Origin: Haliotis rufescens
Taxonomy: Eukaryota
Reading direction: 5' to 3'
NCBI RefSeq assembly: GCF_023055435.1
Contig: NW_025963846.1
Coordinates: forward strand, 5,704,001 to 5,768,000
DNA length: 64,000 nucleotides
The translations under genes and the position numbers were made by a program. Shown here piece after piece: positions 21,106 to 38,721 of this stretch. Below the pieces are notes generated by a model. That model had not been told where the DNA came from. It made no database searches and saw only the letters and a program-made list of their open reading frames with translations. Within the stretch, counting starts at the first letter, position 1. Every line of letters begins with the position of its first letter.

Positions 21106-21623
21106 AATGTAATGTTTCCTTGGTATCAACTGGATCCTCTCTAACAATACCTTTGCTGCAGACATAATGTTTTATATATAAGAATATATACCAGTGACCC
21201 TCTAACAATCATATGGCTATTTATGTAACGTTTACTTGAAATTTGCAAGATATTCTCTATGAATACATCTAGAACTGTCACCTTTACAGATATAACTAAA
21301 AGCGACAAAAATATTTCCATAACCACAAGAAATATCAGAGAACATATGAAAAAATAGGTGATTATAAATTACTATTACTAAGTGAAAAAGCGGGCGCTTT
21401 ACTCTCTAACAATCATTTAGCTACACATGTAACGGTGTATTAATATCGTCTACTTTTTATCTCCGACAATCAAAGGGAAATGGATGTAATTTTTTGCCAA
21501 TATATGCTATTTACCCTCTGACAAATATAGCTAGAGATGTGAAGTATACTGATAAATGCCTGTTAGTGTTTAAGAATTAAGTAGCTGTTAATATAACGTT
21601 ACTCTCTGACAGTCAGGGAGGTA

Positions 21624-21810
21624 GAACGGGATCGGGTGATCAGGCTCGCTGATTTGGTTGATGCATGTCATCGTATCTCAATTGCGTAGATCGACGCTGA
21701 TGATGTCAATCACTGGATTGTCCGGTCCAGATTCGATTATTTACAGACTATTTTCATATTATTGCTGGAATATTGCTGAGTGCTGCGTCAAACAACAAAA
21801 ACAAACAAAC
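21624..21810 (+). mobile_element. SINE family B, 5'-truncated
   Basis: AACGGGATCGGG...CTGGAATATTGCTGAGTG...(AAAC)n. Confidence 0.8.
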
Positions 21811-22199
21811 ATAGACAATCATGTCGACATTTTTATAAGTGCTACATAAAAAAATGACGACGACAAAAGAGTAGGAAACTGACAAGCAGAGCGCCTGGCA
21901 CTGCCATCACACAATAATGATGATGGCACCAGCAATCGGTGCGGATGTATTGGTGTTATGGGAAGAAGTCTAAAAACGTTTTTTAACAACGCTCCAAAAA
22001 TATCAAATATCAGCACTGTCCCCCCCCCCCCCCCCACGAACCGGGCTGTCACCTTATGCAGTGAAGAGACCCGATTATTGTCCAGCTACTAGGAATTACC
22101 ACTGACTCTGTAACTAGTTTTGGCAATTGGATTTTGAATCACGTGGTGCTAAATTAATGCTCATGTGTGTATACGAGATGGCAGATTAGCGTTTTACAG

Positions 22200-22645
22200 A
22201 CCCCAGACAGTTAACTTTGCAACTCCCACCTACATAACCACGTAGACACAAGACAAGGAACTTTGCTACAACCACCTACATGTGGATGTAACGTTTAACT
22301 GAAAACACTTTGTTAACTTTGAAACATACACCTACGTGTACATGCAACCATTTACTGACATCGTTAACTTTGCAACACTCATCTTCGTGTAGACGTTATT
22401 TTTAACTGTCAATAGAAAGTCAACCTACCCGAAAGGTTAACTTTGCTACACCCACCAACGTGTAAATGTAACCATTTCCTGATGTCAGACAGTTATCTTT
22501 GCAGACACCCACCTTCGTTAAGCTGTTACGTTTCACTGATGCCAAATGGTTGACCCCTAATATTTAAGCATGCAACACTCATCTACAGGTACAGGTACCG
22601 TTTTACGCACACACAAATTGTTAACTTCGCAACACTCATCTACAA
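22200..22645. repeat. degenerate ~55-65 bp repeat (GTTAACTTTGCAACACCCACCTAC...), resuming at 23370-23450; duplicate at ~29020-29465
   Basis: Recurring motif split by a Tc1 remnant. Confidence 0.7.
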
Positions 22646-22659
22646 ATAGGCCCCAAATA

Positions 22660-23365
22660 ACCCCAAGTCCAAAATAAAATACCCCATCACATTTTTAAAA
22701 TATAAAAACAATGCGATGTGAATGAGTTATTGAAACATGGTGTAACATTAAGACTCAAACACAGCTGTGGCATTTGAAAAAGATCGAGAATTTCGTGCAA
22801 ATTGTGGAAATCACTTAACAAGAACCGGCACTCCATGGATCCCAACTCCTCAGGAAGACCGATACCTGCGCACATTGCACCTGAAGAATCGTTTCCTGAC
22901 GGTGGCAGAAACGTCGTCAACGGCACTGGGTCACGTGACAAGAAGATTACGTTTTGCTGGAACCTGTGCCCGTCGACCATACCGTAGAATAACGCTGACT
23001 CCAGAACATCAAACAACAGATTACGTTGGTGAAGGAGACTTAGACGTTGACAACTGCGTGATTGGCGCCGTGTAATCTTTAGGAACGAGAGTCGTGTTGT
23101 CTATATCACAATGATTGAAGAACTCGTGTCTATCGACGTACAGGATAAGGTCAGGCGCCACCATGCGTGATGCAAGGTCAACGTATGGTGCGGGTGTTGT
23201 GAGGGTTTGCGGATGCGTCTGCGGTGAGAACAAGACGCTATTTTTTCTACTTGTATTGTGTTCCTATCAGATACACACAGTGAGTGGTCTCCCTTTAAAA
23301 TACAAATAAGTTCGTGTTTTCTAACACATCTTTTGATCACGGGGTACTTTCTTTGGACTTGAGTT
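22660..23365 (+). mobile_element. internally deleted Tc1/mariner transposon
   Basis: Peptide TPQEDRYLRTLHLKNRFLTVAET...RRLRFAGTCARRP is typical of the Tc1 DNA-binding region; imperfect TIRs A(C/A)C(C/T)CAAGTCCAAA..TACCCC are flanked by TA. Confidence 0.8.
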
Positions 23366-23849
23366 TAATGAGCTTTGCAAGACCCACCTGCATGTAGTGA
23401 CGTTTTCCTGACGCAAGAAAGTTAACATTGCAACATCCAACTACATGTACTGTGTGCATCAGTCTGACGATATGTTTCATAGTGATGATAAGGATGAGGT
23501 TGTTTTAACAAAACACCTGCTCTTTTGCTCATTAATATTGCAACAAAATGTTACATCAATGAATAACATTTTGAATTTTGTTTCAAACAATATTTTGCAG
23601 AGATATTTTCACCCACGCATGTAATGTCACAATAGTTGAGACTGCGCTCCACGGATAAGCTAGCGTTTACACATGTCACAGGTATCCATAAAATGAACAA
23701 TGTAACAAGGTGCTGAGAATATGAACCATCCTTCATCACCCGCTTCTATGCGATTAAAATCTTCAAGTTTAGGGTCCTGTGTTACAACAAAACAACAGCA
23801 TTAGCGAAAGAAATCAGAGAACTGATGAAATGATAGTAAAGGTGTAATG

Positions 23850-24813
23850 ACGATTCATGGCTGTGTCCTTTATGTTGGGCGATACATGCATGTCACCGAG
23901 ACGGCATACTGATGATTAACTTGCGTATGGTTGCCCTTGGTACTGGCCGCCATACCGCCTGAAGAGCTGCCCCAAACTGGGCTACGTTGGCGGTCGCTGG
24001 GTCTCTGGCGTACGTTCCCATCCCGAGGACATCCCTAATTATAAGATGCTCTTTAGGGGACATGTCAGGGGACTTAGCAGGGCAGTCGCGAGATACAAGG
24101 TGAGGACCTGGGCACGATCTTGACATGGTCGCCAACAACGTTTTCTGCCATCGGTGAATCGGAGGCAAACCTTGATTCGTCTGTTAACATGGTGTAACGC
24201 CATTGACGTACAGCCCGTGCCTGGTGTTGCCTAGCCAACCCCAATCTTGGCCGCCTATAGTACGCTGATACCGTTCACAAGACGCCTTGCTTTCAGGCCG
24301 GTTTGTAACAGTAAATGTTGACATCCGCCTGCCTGTTATTATGCGGAATTCTCTATTGATAACAGGAGCAGATTTGAATCTATGGCCCAGTGCAATTAAT
24401 GTTATGAGACGATCCTGTCTAGGTCTCGTATGTTTTGGCCTGCCACGCCCAGTTTTCATTGCAGCCCCACCCGTTTGACGGTACTTGTCCCACAGTCGAG
24501 TAATTACACTTTTTGATTTGCCAAACATTCGAGCAACATGGGATGTGCCGTACCCACAGTTCACCATTTCGTCTGTTTGGAGGCATTTTCAAGCGTGTGC
24601 TCAGCTCAGTTGCATTTATAGACATAGAGTCCTCCTTCATGTGCACAAACCTTGGTTTCTGTGTACACAAGAATCACTTGCTCTTCATGCATGTTTGGAC
24701 ATATTATTGTGATTAGATGTTGCCTTCATAATGCAACGTGACGATATTGTAAATGTACACCTCAAGGATAGCTGAATTCAAATCATTCGTTCCCTTATTT
24801 TCTATCGGTAGTA
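23850..24813 (-). mobile_element. decayed Tc1/mariner transposon (transposase pseudogene)
   Basis: VARMFGKSKSVITRLWDKYRQTG...GRPKHT...QDRLI (HTH plus GRPR-like motif), CPAKSPDMSPKEH (WPxxSPDLxPIEH-like) and LIISMPSR C-terminus; frameshifted. Confidence 0.85.
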
Positions 24814-24918
24814 TAATTTAGTGTCATGGAAACAAAGTCAATGACAAACAATGTATTATATTATTTTTTTATTCGGTCGTTCCATCAAGGGAACATTTGA
24901 GTGTCAACTGGGGTAGCA

Positions 24919-27192
<2,274 letters not shown>

Positions 27193-27278
27193 GATTGTTG
27201 TAGGTAGATGTGGACCTCACGTGGACTGCAAGTTGTCTGGAGTGAGAAAGTCTGATGTAGAGAGCAGGTGCCCGGACA

Positions 27279-27341
27279 CTTATATACACGTGGTGGTCAG
27301 AAGGTTGTCAAGGACGCTGGTCCATAGCAACTGTTGCTGAG
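27279..27341 (-). promoter_or_regulatory. core promoter of tubulin copy 4
   Basis: Same sequence as the copy 3 promoter block. Confidence 0.75.
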
Positions 27342-28441
27342 TTCATTAGAAATCTGTTGTATGGACTTTACAAGGCATTTGTTCAAGCCGTGAAATTGAT
27401 TGTGCCTTCCGCCATTAATTTAAATAGCGCACTAATTAAGAATAAGTCTATTGAAGATGTAATTAACTTCAATATCGTGAAGCATAGACCGTTTAGGTCA
27501 ATTACAGATGCAGGATGAGAGTTGAATTTCCGTTAATTTCTCATGACATTTTCCTATTGTGTTTGTACTTTTCAAGACAAATGACTTGTTAATCCATAAT
27601 AGACACATCAGCTAAAGATTTCGTTGAAGTTAGGTGTCACTGAGTGTGAATAACGGAACTGTATGCCTTTGACAATGCAGTGGTGATTTCCGGCTTGTTG
27701 AGCCTTGTTAATTGAACTGTGATGACAGATTGGTCGTGTAGAGATCGTCTCGTCAGAGTAAAATTGTGCTGGAAGTACATACTTGAGACTGAAAAATAAC
27801 TTCGAGACAACCGTAAGTTCGACAAATCGGAGGTTATATGATGATGAATAAAGAAGGAATATGCAGGGACCAAGCTTTTTCCTCGAGACAACCGTAAGTT
27901 CGCCACATCAGGGTTTGACTGTAAATGTAATGTTTCCTTGGTATCAACTGGATCCTCTCTAACAATACCTTTGCTGCAGACATAACGTTTTATATATAAG
28001 AATATATACCAGTGACCCTCTAACAATCATATGGCTATTTATGTAACGTTTACTTGAAATTTGCAAGATATTCTCTATGAATACATCTAGAACTGTCACC
28101 TTTACAGATATAACTAAAAGCGACAAAAATATTTCAATAACCACAAGAAATCTCAGAGAACATATGAAAAAATAGGTGATTATAAATTACTATTACTAAG
28201 TGAAAAAGCGGGCTCTTTACTCTCTAACAATCATTTAGCTACACATGTAACGGTGTATTAATATCGTCTACTTTTTATCTCCGACAATCAAAGGGAAATG
28301 GATGTAATTTTTTGCCAATATATGCTATTTACCCTCTGACAAATATAGCTAGAGATGTGAAGTATACTGATAAATGCCTGTTAGTGTTTAAGAATTAAGT
28401 AGCTGTTAATATAACGTTACTCTCTGACAGTCATGGAGGTA

Positions 28442-28628
28442 GAACGGGATCGGGTGATCAGGCTCGCTGATTTGGTTGATGCATGTCATCGTATCTCAAT
28501 TGCGTAGATCGACGCTGATGATGTCAATCACTGGATTGTCCGGTCCAGATTCGATTATTTACAGACTATTTTCATATTATTGCTGGAATATTGCTGAGTG
28601 CTGCGTCAAACAACAAAAACAAACAAAC
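28442..28628 (+). mobile_element. SINE family B, 5'-truncated (duplicate of 21624-21810)
   Basis: Lies within the segmental duplication. Confidence 0.8.
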
Positions 28629-29478
28629 ATAGACAATCATGTCGACATTTTTATAAGTGCTACATAAAAAAATGACGACGACAAAAGAGTAGGAAACTGA
28701 CAAGCAGAGCGCCTGGCACTGCCATCACACAATAATGATGATGGCACCAGCAATCGGTGCGGATGTATTGGTGTTATGGGAAGAAGTCTAAAAACGTTTT
28801 TTAACAACGCTCCAAAAATATCAAATATCTGCACTGTCCCCCCCCCCCCCCCCCACGAACCGGGCTGTCACCTTATGCAGTGAAGAGACCCGATTATTGT
28901 CCAGCTACTAGGAATTACCACTGACTCTGTAACTAGTTTTGGCAATTGGATTTTGAATCACGTGGTGCTAAATTAATGCTCATGTGTGTATACGAGATGG
29001 CAGATTAGCGTTTTACAGACCCCAGACAGTTAACTTTGCAACTCCCACCTACATAACCACGTAGACACAAGACAAGGAACTTTGCTACAACCACCTACAT
29101 GTGGATGTAACGTTTAACTGAAAAAACTTTGTTAACTTTGAAACATACACCTACGTGTACATGCAACCATTTACTGACATCGTTAACTTTGCAACACTCA
29201 TCTTCGCGTAGACGTTATTTTTAACTGTCAATAGAAAGTCAACCTACCCGAAAGGTTAACTTTGCTACACCCACCAACGTGTAAATGTAACCATTTCCTG
29301 ATGTCAGACAGTTATCTTTGCAGACACCCACCTTCGTTAAGCTGTTACGTTTCACTGATGCCAAATGGTTGACCCCTAATATTTAAGCATGCAACACTCA
29401 TCTACAGGTACAGGTACCGTTTTACGCACACACAAATTGTTAACTTCGCAACACTCATCTACAAATAGGCCCCAAATA

Positions 29479-30184
29479 ACCCCAAGTCCAAAATAAAATA
29501 CCCCATCACATTTTTAAAATATAAAAACAATGCGATGTGAATGAGTTATTGAAACATGGTGTAACATTAAGACTCAAACACAGCTGTGGCATTTGAAAAA
29601 GATCGAGAATTTCGTGCAAATTGTGGAAATCACTTAACAAGAACCGGCACTCCATGGATCCCAACCCCTCAGGAAGACCGATACCTGCGCACATTGCACC
29701 TGAAGAATCGTTTCCTGACGGTGGCAGAAACGTCGTCAACGGCACTGGGTCACGTGACAAGAAGATTACGTTTTGCTGGAACCTGTGCCCGTCGACCATA
29801 CCGTAGAATAACGCTGACTCCAGAACATCAAACAACAGATTACGTTGGTGAAGGAGACTTAGACGTTGACAACTGCGTGATTGGCGCCGTGTAATCTTTA
29901 GGAACGAGAGTCGTGTTGTCTATATCACAATGATTGAAGAACTCGTGTCTATCGACGTACAGGGTAAGGTCAGGCGCCACCATGCGTGATGCAAGGTCAA
30001 CGTATGGTGCGGGTGTTGTGAGGGTTTGCGGATGCGTCTGCGGTGAGAACAAGACGCTATTATTTCTACTTGTATTGTGTTCCTATCAGATACACACAGT
30101 GAGTGGTCTCCCTTTAAAATACAAATAAGTTCGTGTTTTCTAACACATCTTTTGATCACGGGGTACTTTCTTTGGACTTGAGTT
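29479..30184 (+). mobile_element. internally deleted Tc1/mariner transposon (duplicate of 22660-23365)
   Basis: Same peptide and TIRs. Confidence 0.8.
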
Positions 30185-30668
30185 TAATGAGCTTTGCAAG
30201 ACCCACCTGCATGTAGTGACGTTTTCCTGACGCAAGAAAGTTAACATTGCAACATCCAACTACATGTACTGTGTGCATCAGTCTGACGATATGTTTCATA
30301 GTGATAATAAGGATGAGGTTGTTTTAACAAAACACCTGCTCTTTTGCTCATTAATATTGCAACAAAATGTTACATCAATGAATAACATTTTGAATTTTGT
30401 TTCAAACAATATTTTGCAGAGATATTTTCACCCACGCATGTAACGTCACAATAGTTGAGACTGCGCTCCACGGATAAGCTAGCGTTACCACATGTCACAG
30501 GTATCCATAAAATGAACCATGTAACAAGGTACTTAGAATATGAACCATCCTTCATCACCCGCTTCTATGCGATTAAAATCTTCAAGTTTAGGGTCCTGTG
30601 TTACAACAAAACAACAGCATTAGCGAAAGAAATCAGAGAACTGATGAAATGATAGTAAAGGTGTAATG

Positions 30669-31651
30669 ACGATTCATGTCTGTGTCCTTTATGTTGGGCG
30701 ATACATGCACGACACCGAGACGGCATACTGATGATTAACTTGCGTATGGTTGCCCATGGTACTGGCCGCCAAACCGCCTGAAGAGCTGCCCCAAACTGGG
30801 CTACGTTGGCGGTCGCTGGGTCTCTGGCGTACGTTCCAATCCCGAGGACATCCCTAATTATAAGATGCTCTTTAGGGGACATGGCAGGGGACTTAGCAGG
30901 GCAGTCGCGAGATACAAGGTGAGGACCTGGGCACGATCTTGACATGGTCGCCAACAACGTTTTCTGCCATCGGTGAATCGGAGGCAAACCTTGATTCGTC
31001 TGTTAACATGGTGTAACGCCATTGACGTACAGCCCGTGCCTGGTGTTGCCTAGCCAACCCCAATCTTGGCCGCCTATAGTACGCTGATACCGTTCAAAAG
31101 ACGCCTTGCTTTCAGGCCGGTTTGTAACAGTAAATGTTGACATCCGTCTGCCTGTTATTATGCGGAATTCTCTATTGATAACAGGAGCAGATTTGAATCT
31201 ATGGCCCAGTGCAATTAATGTAATGAGACGATCCTGTCTAGGTCTCGTATGTTTTGGCCTGCCACGCCCAGTTTTCATTGCAGCCCCACCCGTTTGACGG
31301 TACTTGTCCCACAGTCGAGTAATTACACTTTTTGATTTGCCAAACATTCGAGCAACATGGGATGTTGACGCCCCCACCCCCTGTGCCGTACCGACAGTTC
31401 ACCATTTCGTCTGTTTGGAGGCATTTTCAAGCGTGTGCTCAGCTCAGTTGCATTTATAGACACAGAGTCCTCCTTCATGTGCACAAACCTTGGTTTCTGT
31501 GTACACAAGAATCACTTGCTCTTCATGCATGTTTGGACATATTATTGTGATTAGATGTTGCCTTCATAATGCAACGTGACGATATTGTAAATGTACACCT
31601 CAAGGATAGCTGAATTCAAATCATTCGTTCCCTTATTTTCTATCGGTAGTA
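30669..31651 (-). mobile_element. decayed Tc1/mariner transposon (duplicate of 23850-24813)
   Basis: GASTSHVARMFG... and SMPSRCRACIAQHKGH C-terminal motif. Confidence 0.85.
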
Positions 31652-31756
31652 TAATTTAGTGTCATGGAAACAAAGTCAATGACAAACAATGTATTATATT
31701 ATTTTTTTATTCGGTCGTTCCATCAAGGGAACATTTGAGTGTCAACTGGGGTAGCA

Positions 31757-34238
<2,482 letters not shown>

Positions 34239-34324
34239 GATTGTTGTTGGTAGATGTGGATCTCACGGGGACTGCGAATTGTCTAGGGTGAGAAAGTCTG
34301 ATAGGAGAGCAGGTGCCCGGACAG

Positions 34325-34386
34325 TTATATACACATGGCGGACAGTCGGTTGTCAAGGACGCTGACCCATAGTAACCGTTGCTAAG
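34325..34386 (-). promoter_or_regulatory. core promoter of tubulin copy 5
   Basis: TATATAA at 34325-34331, CACATG E-box, GTTGTCAAGGACGC at 34349-34362, CCATAGTAAC, GTTGCTAAG. Confidence 0.72.
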
Positions 34387-36894
34387 CTCATTACAAAGGC
34401 GTCATTAGAGGGACCCATTGAGTGCTGCTTGACGATACATATTGGACTTTTCACAACAGGACGTGATTAACGTCTTAAGTGAAAGTTGTTGGCGGATATT
34501 CATGCATGATTAAACCCCCGATCTCTAATTCCATGGTTCATTAATCATCTAATTATGGCTTGGTTTTCATAACTCATCCATACCATGGGAAATAACAATA
34601 CTGAAATGTATACGAATGATCGTACAGGGATTTGTATGAAAGTAAGCTAATTAAATAGTTGTTAATGTTTTGCTAAGTATTTACTTAACCATAATATAAC
34701 AATTATTTTGTTTGATCTCTCAATTGAATTTTGGGGGGTCAAGGATTGAGATAGACCGAGTAACGTCTAAAGTAACGAGTAAAGATGCGTATGTCTTTCC
34801 CTTTTATGTAAGAAGTGTTTGCCTTTTTTCTTATGCAAGAGACGTACATGTATGTATTTCCTTTGAAACAAGATGCGTATGCCTTTCCCTTTTATGTAAG
34901 AAGTGTATGCGTTTCCACAAGAGATCTCTGCGGGTCGTATGTGCAGATTAGGATGCCGTGTTGCCTGCCTAGCCTTCGCCTAACTCCTCGCTCATTATGT
35001 GTGAACCTGCAGTAAAATCTCTTTCATGTTTGAGTCAAAGTGAACAACGGCTGCACATGTACACGCACAGATCACTTAGTATGTATTGTCGATGCGGTCA
35101 CGTGTCTGCTGTGAAAGGATGCTCTGATGTGTATAGAAAGTTTATTGTACGATTCCGACGATAGCGTGAGTCTATGCATATGAATCACTATCAAATAGTG
35201 ATGATACTGAGTAATTGCGAAAAGGTGAGCGTATCCTTCCCCAGCGTTGGCACCCATCAGAAGCATATACAAAGATAAGTCAATGGTTCACTCGAAATCA
35301 AACCATACGGAACAAATCAAAACAGGGAAATGCATCGGGCATAATTTTGTCAATTGATGTGTCATTTTTTTAAATGACCTCCTCTGAGGCCTTGAATGTT
35401 GTAACCTTCACCAAACAACCTTTGAGCAACATTTAATGCTCATGGAAAGAGCATGCGCGACTGTGTCAGTGAAATGTAGACACCGAAGCTGGACCTGCTG
35501 GAGAATTGATCGATAAAAAGTTCACTATCCGAAACTTGAAGTCAGTCCTCTTTTCATATAGTCTTGTGGAGAGTTCTTGTCACTCAGATTCTTTATGCAT
35601 ATATCTAAATGTGAAACAGGTGAGGCCGTATCACTGGTCTCTTCTTTTATCTATAGTCCAGGTGGGTAAATAAGTGGAAGGGACTAAATCAGATCTTATC
35701 TTATCTCATCTTATCTTGTGCTAACAGTATACATATATGTTATCAATGAGGAAGTCTAGCATTTCGTATATTGTTTGATCAGATGACATTTGCTTTCATT
35801 TTGATAAATTATACCTAACCTCTGTAGATAGAGATGTAACTATATCTATAGTCACCGCGTTTTGTGACAAATTATCCATCGATAAAAGAATGAAGTTTTC
35901 CCTTAAATTTGTTGTGTGAGATAGTTGTGCCCAAAGCTGAAAAATCAAATGTTCCGACAGAATCACTAAAGTTCAAGCAAATCCTTTAAAGTTTTGAGAA
36001 TCTTCATGGTATTAATTCCACTTGTCTCAACTACGAATATAAACAAAAGCATTCTCAGATTGTATTATGGTTTATCGTTATGACAGGGATTTAGTGGTAC
36101 ATTTGCTGGACCAAGCAATATCTTTCTCTTCGTACAGATATTTATTGAACTTTGGATTCCATTATAAATGAGGAATGAGCATGTCTTCAGGTTTTAGAGT
36201 CAAGTCAAAAGTTAATAGTACTGATGCGTTGTTTTGACAGATTTCTTCTCCATCTGACATGCTGGCATTATTTGACAATCATTTCATGTAGGGAAGCCAG
36301 ACCTTGGATGACAGCTGGCTGGGACGGAATTGGTTTATTCCAATTCTGTTTACTCTTTTTCAGTTTGTGCACTCCACCAATGACAACATCGCGCACTGAC
36401 TTAACCACTCTGACCGACATTTATCGGGGCGGTTAAGGCAGGATTTTGTCAAAATTGTGCACTTTGGGTTAAAAGCACCAAACTTGACACACGTATACAT
36501 TGAACCATTCAACAGGTTAATATTCTCTTGTCCATTTTTGGCATATGCTTCAACAGTTTCGAAGAATCTTTTTAGTATATGAAACTGAACTAGAGACTTT
36601 AAAGACAAGAAATTTGGATAGAGTTTTTTTTTTTACAAACATTGATATAAAAAAAACTTACTCGCTTAAGACGGTCGATGAAACAGTGCAAGCGTAAGGT
36701 CGAAAACATAACCGAGTACCCGTATTAAATTCATCATGATCGAATAATCATATTTGATTGTTTGTTGATACTTGTTGATACTTTCTCTTTCCCAGCAGTT
36801 TATGTATAATCTAAGTTTGTAAATCTAAATATTATGTTTTGTAACCCCATCTATATTAATTTGTCCCACACAGTTATAGATACACGGATCTGAT

Positions 36895-37065
36895 AGTGAG
36901 TGAGTGAGTGAGTTGGATTTTACGCCGCTTTTAGCAATATTCCAGCAATATCACGGCGGGGGACACCAGAAATGGGCTTCACACATTGTACCCATGTCGG
37001 GAATCGAACCCGGGTCTTCGGCGTGACGAGCGAACGCTTTAACCACTAGGCTACCCGACCGCCCC
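36895..37065 (-). mobile_element. SINE family A
   Basis: Full length and near consensus; imperfect TSD CACGGA..TGA. Confidence 0.9.
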
Positions 37066-37478
37066 CACGGACGTGAGAAGAAGTGTATATGAATGTGTAA
37101 CTGTGGTAGCCTACCTTAGATTCCATTAGAGAAATTACCTCCGGGGTTACTCGGTTAGTTACTAATTACTTGATATCAAAGTACCGAGCTTCGTCTTTGG
37201 ACAGATCTAGAGTGAGATATTAACCAACTTCGTTTATGACAGGCGTTTCCTCTCAATAAGAAATAGGGTGGTTTCAATTTCATAAATGGAATTTCTTGAT
37301 ATGATTAACACGTCATGATCAATGGTCTTGTTGACTTGAGACTAGCGAAGCCGCATGCTTCACGTCTCGAAACATTGCTTATTGTAGATCTCAGATCGAA
37401 TATGAATATAGTGAAGGAATATACTGAGTATTCATAAATCGCGAGTCTTTGGTGAGGGCAGGGCCTTTTCACAAAGAG

Positions 37479-37828
37479 GTGAGGTGAGGTGAAATGGGGA
37501 AAACGTCGCGTCCAAGATTATTGCACTTATATAGCGACGCGCATGCACGTGTATGTGTGTGGCTGCTTGTGCTAGTCCGGACTGATGCCGATTTATAGTG
37601 CTAGCTCACTGAGATACCATGCCGCAGTTTAACATGAATACCCCACTCAGACACAGTATACTGACTCCGAGCCGACCAGTCCTTGTTTTAGCCCCTTAAT
37701 GCCGAGCGCCAGACAGGGTAACAATAAGTACCATTTTTTAACGTCTTTTGGTATGACGCGGCTGGGGATCGAACCCCGGAGCTTCCGCTCTCCGGGCGGA
37801 CGCTCTACCATTAGACCACGGAGGCGGT
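37479..37828 (-). mobile_element. SINE family C (V-SINE-like), full length
   Basis: tRNA-like head (GTGGTCTAATGG, GGTTCGATCC); TSD CTTTTCACAAAGAG at 37465-37478/37829-37842. Confidence 0.9.
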
Positions 37829-38231
37829 CTTTTCACAAAGAGACCTTAACACTAAGGTGATAGTAACATCAATACTTTAACACAGGCTTACAGTAGTCGC
37901 TGCGCCAGGACAGCTGTGTGCAACGGGGCCCTGAGTTGCATCAGCAGGATTGGAGAATGCGAACGAACTGTTACATGTAATGACTCGATTCTTAGTGAGG
38001 TTTAGCTCTTTAACGCATGAATCAGGGACTTGTCTATATCGGCCGTGAACAGTGTTTCAGTTATAATACGATCTGCCTACTTACAATGATAGGGAAACCT
38101 GTGACGCCATTATTTAATCTCAAAATACATTTGTGTATAATATTCCAAATTTGTAAGGTGAACTGGTCATCTCAAGTCAGTATTCATTATCTCAATACAT
38201 ATTGGGTGTACTATTCCATATTTGTTCGTTG

Positions 38232-38330
38232 AGGGGCGGTCGGGTTGCCTGGTGATTAAAGCGTTCGCTCGTAATACCAAAGACCCAGGTTCGATTTCGA
38301 CATGGGTACAATGTGTGAAGCCCATTTCAG
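38232..38330 (+). mobile_element. SINE family A, 3'-truncated
   Basis: The 5' half matches the family consensus. Confidence 0.75.
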
Positions 38331-38721
38331 AAAAAAACCATATGTCTAAATTATGTACAAGCCATTCATTTGGAATTATGAGAAACAATATATACACTAA
38401 AATACAGATATAAACAGCATTATATAAAACATAATATCATTGTGTAAACACCTCCTTCTGCGGGGAATATTAAAACAGGTTTGGGAACATAGTAAAGTTA
38501 ACTCACTTTTATTAAAAATCACTTGCTCAAATACCTGTCCTGTATCTGAAAGGTGATAGAAATTAACAAACAGTATAAATTTATGGATAACAACTTCTGG
38601 TTTATGGCGTATAACGATGTTTCGATGTAGATCGTTATCAAGCTCCATTTGTACGTTTTCGTCTGGAATGCCAATCAAACACACAGAGAAATTATGGCAC
38701 ACATTTACAGCTTCCATAAAG

